Source: Vermamoeba vermiformis
Taxonomy: Eukaryota
Reading direction: 5' to 3'
DNA: 64,000 nucleotides
Assembly: GCA_045837725.1 (NCBI GenBank)
Contig: JBEWZL010000175.1
Coordinates: 62,001 to 126,000, forward strand
The notes below the pieces were generated by a model, which worked only from the letters and a program-made list of their open reading frames with translations, was not told the origin of the DNA and did no database searches. Both the position numbers and the translations under genes were made by a program. Positions 13,228-25,848 of this stretch are shown here, one piece after another (the first letter of the stretch is position 1; each line of letters opens with the position of its first letter).

Positions 13228-15733
13228 CTAGTTTCGTCTATTTCTTTGTCCTGTTGTCTGTTGTTTGCCTTTTGCTGATTTTTTCTTTTCTTCCACATGT
13301 TTAGCTATGAATATTAACATCATTAGTTTTCTAACAAAAGAAGATATTGTTACTATATATCTACCTTTCAAAGAGTTAATTCTTGCCGTCATTTGTTTGT
13401 ACAGATCCGCTCGTTGATTTTTGATCAATTTTTGGAACAACTCAAGGCCTGAATTGTCTTCAATATCGAACATCATTTCAACGACCTACGTGACATAATA
13501 ATTGAGTTATTATGATCATTGAGTTGGTTAAAATGTGTTAAAAATATTCGTTTGTGACACGTACTCGCAAGAAGTTTTGAGCGTTGCAAACATTTTGAGT
13601 GACAGCGACAGTATCGTTCAGATTTAGCACTTGATGCCACCAACCTGCAGGCACATAGATCAAGTCACCTTCCTAAAAAGGAAATGATATTTAGTTTCGA
13701 CAAGTATATGTCAAACGCAGTATGAAACCGCCGTACCTCCTGCGTAAATTCGATTGGTTTTTTGTCCGCAGCTAATTTAGGATAATACAAGTGGTGCCAT
13801 TTGATCGCGGAGGGAATGGATCCGTCTTGAACGTAACCTGATTTATCGACCTTGCTCATATCCACACCTACATATAGAGGATAATTAACAACGTATATAT
13901 ATTTCTAAAGTGCGTATAATTAATATTGGTATTAAAATTTTGGGTTAATGTTGAACGGCCGTGAAAAAATTGACCGCGTGACACGTGTCACTTTGACATT
14001 CACTAGCTTAATAAGAAGGTAATGTATATCTATGATATCAATATGGTAATATGTGCTTACCAGGGGGAACAATATTAGGTGGATATAAACTCCATTTCTT
14101 GCGACCTACAATCAGTGCGTTCCAAGCGGATGTGCCTGCAACAAAAATATTAAGATTCGTCAATTAAGAGAATCATAAGCCATATAATAGAGTTTACTAT
14201 ATAAGTACCGATATTACGTAGTGTTATATGAGTCTTACCGTTCGGGTCGATGTGAAAGACGGTGCCAGATCTAGCGGGCCCGATCAAGAACCATCGGTAA
14301 TCAGGCCGCGAGTTCTGCATGTAACTGAAATAATCTTCTTGGAATAATCTTGGCACGGAATAATCTTTCAACAGATCTTTTGCGGTCTCAGCGAACTTGT
14401 TGTCGAACATGTACATCGGCTCTTCGTCATGTTGATCTGGATCGGACAATTAAAAATTAATATCATTTTATAATTAAATAGGGACCCGTATTATTCAAAA
14501 CATTTAATATTTTTGAGGATATTTTATGACCGGATCCAGATCGAAAGGAAATTTTTGAATTTGAACTTACGCTTGATGTACTCAACAAAATCGGGCATTT
14601 TCATCTTAATTCTTTTTCCATATCTGTTGTATTCTCCAATCTATGATATAATAATGAGTCAGTTGTTTGTGATTGGATCTGAGTGGTTTTTTAGCACGTG
14701 CGTACCTTGAACATTTGGGTCTTGAATCTCGCCACTAATTGATCGAATTTCCAGTTGTTCATTGCTGCCCACTTGTTCAAGGCACCTCTAATAATAACTG
14801 GGCGACCATATTCGGGGAATTGTTTGTCGAATCGTTTTCTGAATTCGATAAGATCTAGATCCGGATCGACATTAAAACTTCGTGTGAATAGCTTGCAAAC
14901 GTTTATACTGCTTATATGATAGTGATATATATGTATTATAATTATTTTCTTAATTATATATAAGTTTGTTTTAGTTACCTATATCGCCAGTAATAATTTC
15001 GACTTCAGGTGACTGCACATCCGATACAAACTCCGATAGAGGAGCATTTGCTCGATAATACTTTTGATCTAATATCTCAGACTTCCATACTATAATTGTA
15101 TTATGATTAAATGAGTTTGAATACAAAGCAGTTCTTTTCGGATCCGTACCTGTGATCGGCTTGAGCTTCGTTAATTCCTCGCGCAATGCCTTTCTCGGAA
15201 AATAGAAAGTATATTTCCAATTTCCCTTGAAGAAAAAGTTGCCTAGTAACGGGCCGAGTTAATAACGTGATAATTGGATCTCGATCGCATCTCAAAATTT
15301 GTTTGTCCATAATTTACATTTGAAATAATATTATGCGGTGTTTATATAAATATTACCTTCCCATTTGTCGAAGCAAATTTCTCGCCAGAGCTCTTCTAGA
15401 TTTGCAAAACGATAAAATGCCAAACTGACTCTCGCCACGGGCATTAACTCTTTGGCCGAGAATAAATCTAATAAAAATAATTGTAATAATTAGTATTGTA
15501 ATATTTTCGTAACTTCATTATCGCGTCTCATTCATGAAAGCGGATCTGTAATTTTCGAATTTTTAAAAATATCACAGGTCAATTGTAGGCCTTTTAAATG
15601 ATAAATACTTTCGGTATTTATATAAGTAAATATTCTTACTTAATATTTTAATTATCAACTCATCGCTCAGTGCGCCAATGGTTCCCAAACTGTGCGATCT
15701 GTCGTCAGCTGTTACGTTTTGTTCAGTAGACAT
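13228..15733 (-). CDS. F-box + JmjC protein (JMJD6-like 2OG/Fe oxygenase)
   Basis: N-terminal F-box-like GALSDELIIKIL..RVSLAFYRFANLEELWREI. JmjC motifs RPDYRWFLIGPARSGTVFHIDPNG, TSAWNAL, YVPAGWWHQVLNL, VAVTQN, with the HxD..H triad intact. Confidence 0.85.
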
Positions 15734-16001
15734 ATTTATCAATTCTATTAGCACCAATTAATACTAACTATCGCGTTGTTGTTACTAGATCGCGATGATT
15801 GACGAAAATAACTTTTTTTTCGTTTCATGAACGGATGAGCGGAGAGTGATTCGATTTACAATGTCCTGGTGCGTCCTTCTTGCATCTCGTACTAACGAAG
15901 GGCCATAAAGTATTAGTGTAGGACGGATACTACTCCCACAATCTTTTTCCACTGGGGTTTTGGTTACGACTTACAATCCCAACCCTTACGGATTTGCGGT
16001 T

Positions 16002-16140
16002 GGATCAGTAGCTCAAAAGTAGAGCACTCGCCTTGCCCTTCGGGGTATACCATCCGTTTTCACAAGCAATTGTTGAATTCGTCTGTCAAGTTTTATAATA
16101 CGAGCGGTTGTGGGTGCACCCACAAGTCCCGCCTGATCCG
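16002..16140 (+). tRNA. Non-canonical tRNA-like gene with a ~61-nt insertion at the anticodon loop (apparent anticodon TGC; identity uncertain)
   Basis: Acceptor GGATCAG/CTGATCC, D-stem GCTC/GAGC, anticodon stem CTCG/CGAG, T-stem GTGGG/CCCGC, then a T8 run typical of a Pol III terminator. The T-loop is aberrant. Confidence 0.6.
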
Positions 16141-16478
16141 CTTCTTTTTTTTGCTTCATCTACTATCAGTTTATTTATACCGGCACTATCCTATTAGTAT
16201 TTGATACAATTTTAATTTTTGAACTCTAATTTAATTTTTGTAACGCGATCGACAAACCGGACAGGACGCTATTGTTTCAAACATAACGATACTTAATGGG
16301 ACAGGACACGGAGGATAGAAATCATTGTAAACTAACTCACATTGGCGTTCTTATCGAACCAGGAACGGATAATTTTGATTGGCGGGTTGGTTGTTGGCAA
16401 CGAAAAAACGAAATGAGATATTTGTTTATTTAACTAAGCCATTGCAGCACAATCGTTCATCTTTATTAATTTGGCAAA

Positions 16479-18126
16479 ATGTTCAAGGCTGCGTTGGTTT
16501 TCGTATTGTTGGCAGTTGGATGCCAAGCGCAAGGCATCGTTTCTTGCTCAGGTAAATACTCTCCACTGCGTTATAATATTCAAAGGAATTATTTAAAGAT
16601 ATTTATGCGTTAATTAGGCATTTCTGGCACGTTCACTTTGCAATCCGTTGTTATCAACGGATTTAATACCGATACTACTTCCTTGGTTCTTGAGACTCAA
16701 TCTCCTGGCATGTCTATGACTATTCAATATGCTGGCACTGCTTTAGCCAGCATTAGCGCTTTTCAAGGAGCCGTTACCTTCGAGTAAGATCGGAATTCTA
16801 GCTTGAATTCACAAATCGGTTCTAATTGAATAATATTTAATAGTCGCGTTATTGAGTTCAAAGATACTGGTGCTCCTGGTTACGATGGTGAGCCAATTGT
16901 AAAGGAAACTCCTTTGGACTTTACCTTCAGTTCCTCCAAATGACTGCACTGCCGCTACTACCGCTATGAACTTTACCGCCTCGAGTAAGTACTATAGACG
17001 TTATATCAAGATTACCTGGAGTCCGAGTCTAACGCTGATGTCCTCAGGCAATGGAGCTAATTGGTTCACTCTTCAATGCTACGTTGTACAGGCCAAGCGC
17101 GCTGTTGGCTCCGTTGAGATTGTTCCTACTCAAACTAAGGTATGACGCTCATATAATCCAATGGAAGCCTCGGCTTTCGATCAAAAAATTTTCGTTACAA
17201 ATCCGCGATCAAGTTTTAAGGCCGTATTTCTGAAGCCGTAGATTGGATATTATAGCAAATTTAACGTTCCTTAAGGCCTCCTTATCCTAATCACGAGTTT
17301 CAGACCTATGAATATGATGTTAATTCGATTTTTTTTGTAGTGCGACGTTATAATCCAAAACTACCCCTACAACAGCACCGACAACCACATCGCTTTGGGT
17401 GGTGGTTACTGGTACCAATCTGTCTCCGTCTTTGGAGGTGGCAATCCTTTGGTCGGTCTCACTGGTGTCTCTGTGGCCGTTGCTGATGGCAAACAATCCA
17501 TTGCTTTTGATTGGGTCACGACCGCTGCTAGTAAGTACAAAATTACGTGCGATCAATAACTACGTACTTCTTTTGCACAAGTACATAACCATACTACAAA
17601 TCGAATATTACCGCGATCTCAATAGAAAATTCGTCGAGCAGGATCCAGAGATTTATACTGGTTCTGAAATTTCGCTTTTTTCAGCGGTTATATATTAAGT
17701 AACATTCATTAGCTTCGCTAATTATTGTGAATTGCTTCAAAAAAAGTACTTTTCTGTCGAGCACGTTATTTTTAAAAACCGATCCCAAAATTTGTACGGA
17801 GTAATTTTACTCCCTATGTTCTAATGCTATGATCGAAGTCCTAATGTACTCTATTCGCAGCTCTCAACGGCAATGTCGACGTCATTTTCACTCAGCCCAA
17901 GAGCGTCTCCGGCGGCATTGACCTCTCTGGCTACGACGGCAGCGAGTCCTTGTTCTTCACTTTCTCGCAAGCAGGCAGCTCGTTCATCAATTGGGACCCT
18001 TCGTTTGGCTTGGTCGATGGTACTGGTAACATCGGTCCTGTCGCTGCTCCGGGCAAATCTGATGCCACATCCGTCGCTGGATCCGTTGTGGCCCTCGCTT
18101 CGATTGCCGCTCTCGCTTTGTTCTAA
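16479..18126 (+). CDS. Secreted, probably GPI-anchored cell-surface protein
   Basis: Signal peptide MFKAALVFVLLAVGCQAQ; beta-rich exons (CDVIIQNYPY, INWDPSFG); terminal small-residue + hydrophobic tail SDATSVAGSVVALASIAALALF*. Strong codon bias. One apparent +1 error near 16938. Confidence 0.65.
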
Positions 18127-18584
18127 GCGAATAATGTAGACTTATACTTAGACTTTGAATATAGTCTACACTTAGCAAATAGGGAAATAAATCAAATTAA
18201 CAAACCGATCGCGGACCAGATCTTCTCGTTGAAGTGATTTCCGACGCCTATATTCACATAATATCGTTACTATTAATTTTTTTATGTGGAGTTCGGTTAT
18301 ACTGCTTGTCCTTCTTGTACATTTAGGTTCACTTTGACTTGGTCCGTTTTTGATTGTTCGAACGAAAATTCTCGATCTAGAAGATGCTTAACAAAAAATT
18401 TCTTATTGTTTTCTGTTGATTCGAGAAGGTTTGAGCGGATCCAGGGGTAAATGAAATTGCAAAAATCGTGTTTTCTCAAATTTAAACGAACCCAATGACA
18501 ACCACAACGTATCTATTGTAACACATAGTATTATTGAATATTTATTTATTATACGTTGGTGATTTAGTTGGCTTGAAAAGAAAA

Positions 18585-21272
18585 ATGGACGTGATCTTAC
18601 CGCTGTCGACGCTGACGTCATTAACATGCCGCGTAAAAAATGTTGGATGCAATTCATATCTTAGTTGTGATAAGCCTGGCGCATTCACTGTAAATAAAAT
18701 GATAGGTAATACCAATTTTATAATTAATTTTTCATTTTTAATTCCAAATCCACGCTTCAAGCTTATAATTCTCCTCTATTACCGATAAATAAATATTTAA
18801 TATCAAATTTATACGAAATATTTGCTTGTCAATGATTTTATTTGAATTCAATCGTGAGTCGAAAATTTCTCTCGATTTTTACGAGGTTTCTATTCTTTAC
18901 TGACCCAATTAATACAGCCAATTAATAAATATTTATATTATATAGGTGGCAAATCAGAACAATTTGTTCTTACTAGACGAGTTATTGAAGATCAACCAAC
19001 AAACCGAAACGCGATCTCGATCAAATCTCAGTTCGAAAGATTTGTTTCAGCTGAACGACGCGGTGGAGCAGGCGATAGGACATGGGTCAAGACATGGGAA
19101 GTTTTCACGGTAGAGCTATTGCCTAAAGGTACATTTGGTGCAATATTTTTCTGCTGTCGAGCAAATCCAATTCTTTTTTTGAATTATCGCTTATTAATAA
19201 TATCCTATTAGGCAAGATTCGTTTCAGAACATTTTGGAATACTTATTTAGCTGTTGTTCGAGATTCTAAGCTTGGAACAACGAGAAATGGAGAAGATCCA
19301 TCTTGCATTTGGACGATCGAACGAGAATCTTCAATAATTGGCGAGGTAAGCATTGAAAATAATTACAATATACTAGATTATTTATCGGAATATTTATTAT
19401 GGCTATTTAACGCTCCAGTAGCATTTTTTTGATCGGATCCAATGTACCCAAAATTTAATAGCTTATTTTATTTAGCTATTAAAGCGATGGAACACGATGC
19501 CACAAAACGATAAATTCGAGTTTAATAATTTATATATCAACGATGAAGAATTGAAGACTATATGCAGCGTACTCAAAACAAAAAAGCAGATCCAGTTTTT
19601 GAAACTCGGTCATAATTTAATTAGCGATGAAGGCGCTAAATTGCTCGCACAAGAGATGAGACTAGGGAATATAGTCTTAAGGAAGATATGGCTCGATCAT
19701 AATATGATTACTGGTGAAGGTGTCAAAGCACTGTGTGAAGTACTAGAAGTCACGGATCAAATTGAATTGTTGCATTTGGGCGCGAATAATATCGGCACTG
19801 GTAAGTCACTGCTATTTCAAATTCACTGAAAAATGTTCGCACAATTTCGAGTTTGACATTTTTGACACGCAACATGTCACTTCAATTTTTGCGTGTCAAA
19901 CTGGATCCTGCGACAAATTTTCTATCTATTTACGTCACTAAATATGAAACGTGACGGTATTATTCTTTGTCGGGATCACCATTTGACACGTGTCATGAAC
20001 AACGAGATTTTTCGCCAGTCAGACCAAATGGATCCTGCGCAACAAATCATCTTAAAGAGATTTAACTTCCATAACAAACTTTTTAATGAGGATCAGAGTT
20101 TGACACGTGTCATAAAATGTCATCGTTTGATGTTGCGTTTCGAAAAAGTCAAACTGAAGTTTGAGATTTTGATCACTTTCCCGATTTATGACGCTAGACT
20201 TCAAGCTATCAAAACTAATTTGACACTTTTAATTTATGATTGCATGGAATCTCACTCGAGTTACTAATTATGGAATTATTTTGACAGACGGCGCTCAGTT
20301 CATCGCATCAGCATTGCGAAAGAATAAGAGCTTGACGTACTTAAGTCTAGCTGACAATAAGTTGCTAGACCAAGGAACCGCGTTCATAGCTGCTGCTTTG
20401 CAAGAAAATCATAAGCTGCACTTTCTATATTTGGATCGAAATTTTATCACGGATGCATCTGCCGAGATCTTGGCCGTCGCTTTGCAAGACAATCGTGGCG
20501 TTAGCGAGCTATCGTTAGCACAAAATGATATATCGCTTAATGTCGCTAAAAAGCTGATCAATAAGCGACTTAAAGAACTTGAGCTGTTTGGAAATCCGCG
20601 GATCAGGGATACGGATCTCAAAGTCATTGAAGAACAGATCCAAGCGAATAATACCCCGCAAATATTATTGCATATTAAAGCTATACCAGAACAAAAGCAA
20701 GAAATTAACGTGAGAATTCCAGAAGAGAGAAATAACAACGTAAATAATACTGCTACGAATTCTTCCGGTAAGTCTTTTTCCAACTTTTATCAACGGAATT
20801 ACATAACAAACATTATAAATCGATAGTATATAGATATATTTAGTTTCATATACCGCAAATTGTTGCTTGAAATTCACTGGAGAAGAATTTAACCTTCAAA
20901 AATGTTGCTTCGTACTGTTATTTCCTACTTTTAACGAATTAATCCTCAAATTACAACTTTAATTCCTTTTTAAATATTAAAATACTTTAAATAAATAATG
21001 TCAGGCTCAACGCCATCGAAAAACCGATCAATTTTATTCACAGATTAACTTAAACAAATACTCGTTAGTTCGTATTTTTAAGAATTATATACTAATATTT
21101 ATTTTAACGTATAGAAACGCGATTATGCGTCATATGCGAAGACAAGCCAGCGACAATGTTATTCAACAACTGCGGTCATTTGTGTGTCTGCGAATGTGCT
21201 GTCAGAGCGAGCTTATTCAAGTGTCCTATTTGTCGCAAAGACGGGCAGTTGATCAAATTGTACAGAGTGTAA
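18585..21272 (+). CDS. Fascin-like beta-trefoil + RI-like LRR + C-terminal RING protein (putative E3 ligase)
   Basis: N-terminal [38 protein letters not shown]. LRRs [17 protein letters not shown] and [20 protein letters not shown]. Last exon [30 protein letters not shown]. Confidence 0.75.
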
Positions 21273-21651
21273 TAAACAACATTAGGCCAATTATTTTACT
21301 GATGTTTATAAAGCAGCTCGAGAAGACGTCTTTGGCTCTTGATGGCTTGATGAGCGAGCCTCAATGCTCATAATTATTATAATAATGCACGCAATATTAA
21401 CAGTTAATGCGTGCATCTCGGAACCAGATCATTTTATCCAAGCTAATAGCAGACTGTACAAATCGACTGTATGTAAACGAGGAGAGGATCCAAACTCTAA
21501 AATGAATAAGCTCAAAATTTGACAGTCAAATTTCAGGAATAAGGGTTGCATAATAATCAATAATACTTTCTATTGTTTCTACGCACCTTTATCAACATTG
21601 TCAATTTTTCGTCAATTTACAACAGTACAAAACGAACGAAACATTTAATAT

Positions 21652-22545
21652 TTATAACGCAGCAATGCTGAATAATAGAGCCAACGAAAAGAATACTGGA
21701 ACGAAGCTTCCGGAGGACAATCTTGGCTTTGGAGCTTTGACAGGTTGTGAAGAAGTGACAGGCTCACTAATAGGAGTGTCAACGGGCACGGTGACAGGTG
21801 CCACTATTGGAGCGTCAAGAGGTGCTGCAATCGGCTCGGAGACTGGCGGAGTAATAGGCACTGGTTCAACCGGACAAATTGCGTCTGCGTAGTAACTCAT
21901 TCCAAGCGTACATTGTCCTACGTTGCCGTCCCAATGGCGATCCAAAGTTTTGCATACACCACTGACTTTGAATTGATAGACATCAACCACAGTTCTAGTA
22001 GGACAGCCATTCGTGGTCGCGATAAAATAGTAGCCTTGTGCGCTAATGAAGCACATTCCCGTAGCGTTGGGAGTGACTGTTTTGAAATAACGTCAAAAAT
22101 TAAAATAAAATAATAAGATCCATCAAAGGATATAATAATATTGAAGATAATTACCTAAATAACGGAATAAAAGGGAACTATTGCAATTGGAATCATCGTA
22201 AAGGCCGACACCAAGAGTTTGATCTCTCGGGTAATCTGTCAAGTCAGTATTACACTCACGCGTTGCATATAGACCATCGTAGGGGGCACAAGTGAAGGGG
22301 GTACAATTTGGATCTTGGTAGGTCATCTACGCGTTTATATTATTTTATTATTTAGTGGATCAAGATTTTAATAATATTATTTCTAACTAACTGAAAATAC
22401 TTACATGACTTTCTGCAAGGTATTTGGTGCACGAGCTGTCTTCATAGATGCTCAAGCGTGTCCCGGACGCTTGATGCGTTTCGGAAACAAAAACAAACAA
22501 AACAGTAAGCACCAAAAGGTAGGAAACGTATTTCATCTCGTTCAT
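21652..22545 (-). CDS. Secreted Cys-rich protein with P/T/V-rich stalk and GPI-like tail
   Basis: Signal peptide MKYVSYLLVLTVLFVFVSETHQA; YEDSSC/YDDSNC Cys repeats; stalk PVEPVPITPPVSEPIAAP..; tail SSGSFVPVFFSLALLFSIAAL*. Confidence 0.7.
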
Positions 22546-22847
22546 AGTGTCGAACAATGGTGTTGGGAAGCGTAAAGAAAGATAAAAAAACAAAAACATT
22601 GGTTTTGTTTATAAACCCAAAAGATTCTTAAGATCCAGTATCAATTAATTGCGGTTTAGACGTTAACCACATATTTTCATTAATCGCACGATCATTTACA
22701 GTTTACAATGAATTAGCAAGTATTTATCGTAAATTCGGAGGATTAGGAATAATGGTAAGCTGTAAGCCAAGTTTAGAACGAAACAGATCGGATCTAGCGG
22801 AGGTAACACGTTATCTACATTAATTTATTTGACGAAGATACTGTGAA

Positions 22848-23462
22848 TTATACAGGCGTCATTGAAGTGCCGGTCACCAATTTTTGTTGCTGTGCGTCAA
22901 AACTAGCGACTTGTCGTTTGGCTCGGATCGCGTGTTTGATGAACAAACCTAACAGCGCTGAATATGCGCCGAGGTCTGCTAATAACTCGATCATTACGAG
23001 CCATTCAAGAGCAAGGACGTACGAGTCCACTATCATAATATTTGTTGATTGTAGAAATAGTCCAGATCCAAACGATAGCCATTGCAAAGTAATAGGCGAC
23101 AATAAAGCCACATCCTAAACGAATAAATAAATAAATAGATAATTAATTAAATTATTATTATTCGATTTATAAATCCTATTTCCTTCTTATCATACTATAG
23201 CTCTGATTTTTTCTCTTACCAATCGCTCCGTTTCGTAACGGTGAAAACGAATAACCTGAACTTTCAGATGCAGACTGGCCGTTCATGCATACAAGCACTT
23301 GCAGGGCTACCACGAGGAGTCCCCAATACGGCAATAGGTTGGCCGCTGAACAAGCGCAATAAATTGAGGACTCCTGTAATTATCGAAAGGACCAACAGCA
23401 CTTTGGAGAGGCCTTTGAGATCTTTTGCAATAATGACAACTGGCGGCGTTGAATCTGACATT
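22848..23462 (-). CDS. Small multi-pass membrane protein (about 4 TM), two apparent +1 frameshifts
   Basis: MSDSTPPVVII..VLLVLSIITGVLNLL; after a frame change LGLLVVALQVLVCM; second exon GCGFIVAYYFAMAIVWIW, then VDSYVLALEWLVMIELL. Confidence 0.45.
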
Positions 23463-23728
23463 CTAGAATCAGAACTCTTTTTGTTTGTGTTAGTCGTGAT
23501 AGGAATCTTGATGCACAATGTAGGTACTTTAATATCTATCAAAGGCGAAAAAAAGAAATAACGTTGAAAACAAAAGTCCCCTAACGAGACTGATTCAAAG
23601 GGACTTAAAATCACGTCGTATGAAGGAGTCGCGTAAAAGGTCAGAATGTCGTGATATTTGAACTTTATCTGCCATTTGACTAGAGGGATACTCACGAGTT
23701 TATTCATATCCGTTGGAGCGCATCTGAT

Positions 23729-25848
23729 CTAGTTTCGCAATTCAACCTCAACATTGACAGGCTTGGTAGCAGCAATAGTGATGCCAGAGTACTCAAAGTT
23801 GGGAGGCTTGTTGTCGGCATATTTCCACCTGCAATTTTGGTCATTAGAAATAAGATCTAATTTTGGATCTCGGCACGCCAATTTTTACCATTGCGATTCC
23901 GATAAAAAATAAAATAATGATGTAAAAACTAGAAATTTCATATTTAGCCGACAGTCCGTATACGTACTTGAAGTTTTTGACAAGTTTAGCAAGTGCAATA
24001 TGAGTCTCTGCCAATGCCAATCGTTGACCCAAGCAAGATCTGACTCCATGACCGAAAGGTGCCCAAGCAAACGGGTGGTGTTTCTGATCGATCCATCGAT
24101 CGGGATTGAATGATTCTGGCTTCTCGTAGAATCGTCCGTCGTAATGAACACGAACGGTAGGAATGACAGCCAAAGTACCTTCAGGAATTTCATAGCCGCC
24201 GATAACTTCAGGAGTCTCAGCAGAGCGGCCGTTCAAAGGAGCGGCAGGGAAGAGGCGAAGCACTTCTTTAGCGACAGCCTTCAAGTACTTGGCCTTCTCG
24301 AGGGCTTCGAATGGGATCGGCTGCGAGAGATCCAACTCGCTTGAAACTTCTTTGTGTAACTTCTCTTGAATCTGGATAAATTATATTACGTTAAAAATAG
24401 CAACTAGCAATAAATTTTAAACGATAATGTCAATAACTCGCATTTGAGTATCGAAATTTCTCGAGCTCGAAAGTGGCTCTGATCTGTTTTTAGCACGTGT
24501 CACAATATTTTTTCTTTCGAAATCAATACGTACCTCAGGATGAGAACCAAGCAAGTAGAATGCCGCGTTAAGTGTAGTTGCAGTGGTATCTGTTCCACCG
24601 ATAACGATGTCCATCAGATCTGAGAGCGCATCCGTTTCGGAAGTCATTTGAAGAAGAGTTGAAAGAACATCTGAGACATTCTCGGGGTTCTTCGCGAGCT
24701 CTTCTTGTTTCTTCTTCATGATTTCTCGCAAAATAGCGCCCAACTTGTCAGCGTTCTTCTCGAACTCCGCTTTCAACGGTGAAGTCGGATCGTACAAGGC
24801 AGCATACGGCGTCTTCATAACAGCGCTAATGGTAGCAGCAATCTCGTCAAGCTTCTTTTCATTTTGTTCCATATTCAAACCGACTTTCAGAATTGTTGCC
24901 AAAGTAAAATAGGAAGTTATGGCGTTAGCATCCACGACACCTAAAAATAGAAGTAAATTGAATACCGTTCCACTTTACTATTACTAAACGTATTTTGTAG
25001 AATTTATTACCTTTTTTGGTGTTCTTCAAGGCATTCTTAATTGGGGTGACCAGTTTTTGGTCCGCGAAGTTATTGATATGAGTTGCGGATGCGCTGACGA
25101 CTTTCGGGTGCAAGATGGCCTTGTTGCCAACGCTACGATGCTTCTCCCAATCAGGACCGTTGCGGCTAGTAAATCCAAGGGAAGTTTCAGTGCCTGTAAT
25201 GCGACTGTAGAGAGGTCCGAGAATGCTTCCACCGTGAGGACGGTTGCGGAAAGATTTTGACTGGAAGACGTTTTGAATGTAGTCTGGATGCGAAACCAGT
25301 AAAGTCAAGGTGCCGCCGAGGCCAGGAACTCTAAAATTCGTTTATGAACAGTCAGTCAGTTGTCAGATTTCAGGACGGAATAAGAAATAATCCGAAGTAT
25401 TGAACAAATGATACACCAAATCAAATCAAATATGTGTTGCAGCATAAAATCAATAATAAATTGCCTAAATACGTTGTAATTTCATCTCAAGTAAATTTGC
25501 CTTTTCAGGCTTCCCGAAGTTGTCTGAAAAATCTTGGACTAAAATTCTTTAAAATTATAAATAGCGTGCAAGACTTACTTAATTAAATCGCTCTTATTCG
25601 CAGCCTCGTTGAGGAAGTTCATGTAGCCAGAGTAATCAGAAAACTGCGAGGTTGGCATGTGAACAGGAACTTCGTCCCATTTCCTATTATTTCAAAAATA
25701 AGCATAATATTACCATGTATGTTAATTATAATACCTACTTGGTTGCTTGGGCTTGAGTTGACTGCCATCTGAATCCAGAGACAGCTGAAGACTTTGCGGC
25801 AACTGAGACCACGGTCTTAGCTTTCGTCAAGAAAATCTTGCTGAGCAT
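23729..25848 (-). CDS. Cytochrome P450 with a putative mitochondrial presequence
   Basis: C-helix GPDWEKHRS; I-helix GGTDTT; ExxR in KEVLR; PDRW; heme motif PFGHGVRSCLG. Last exon WKYADNK..VELRN*. Exon 1 needs a one-base correction near 25794. Confidence 0.92.

Noticed and set aside
15915-15995. Minus-strand GTAGTATCCGTCCT and AAGTCGTAAC resemble U2 snRNA and SSU rRNA snippets
   Set aside because: Matches are short and the flanks lack the expected structure.
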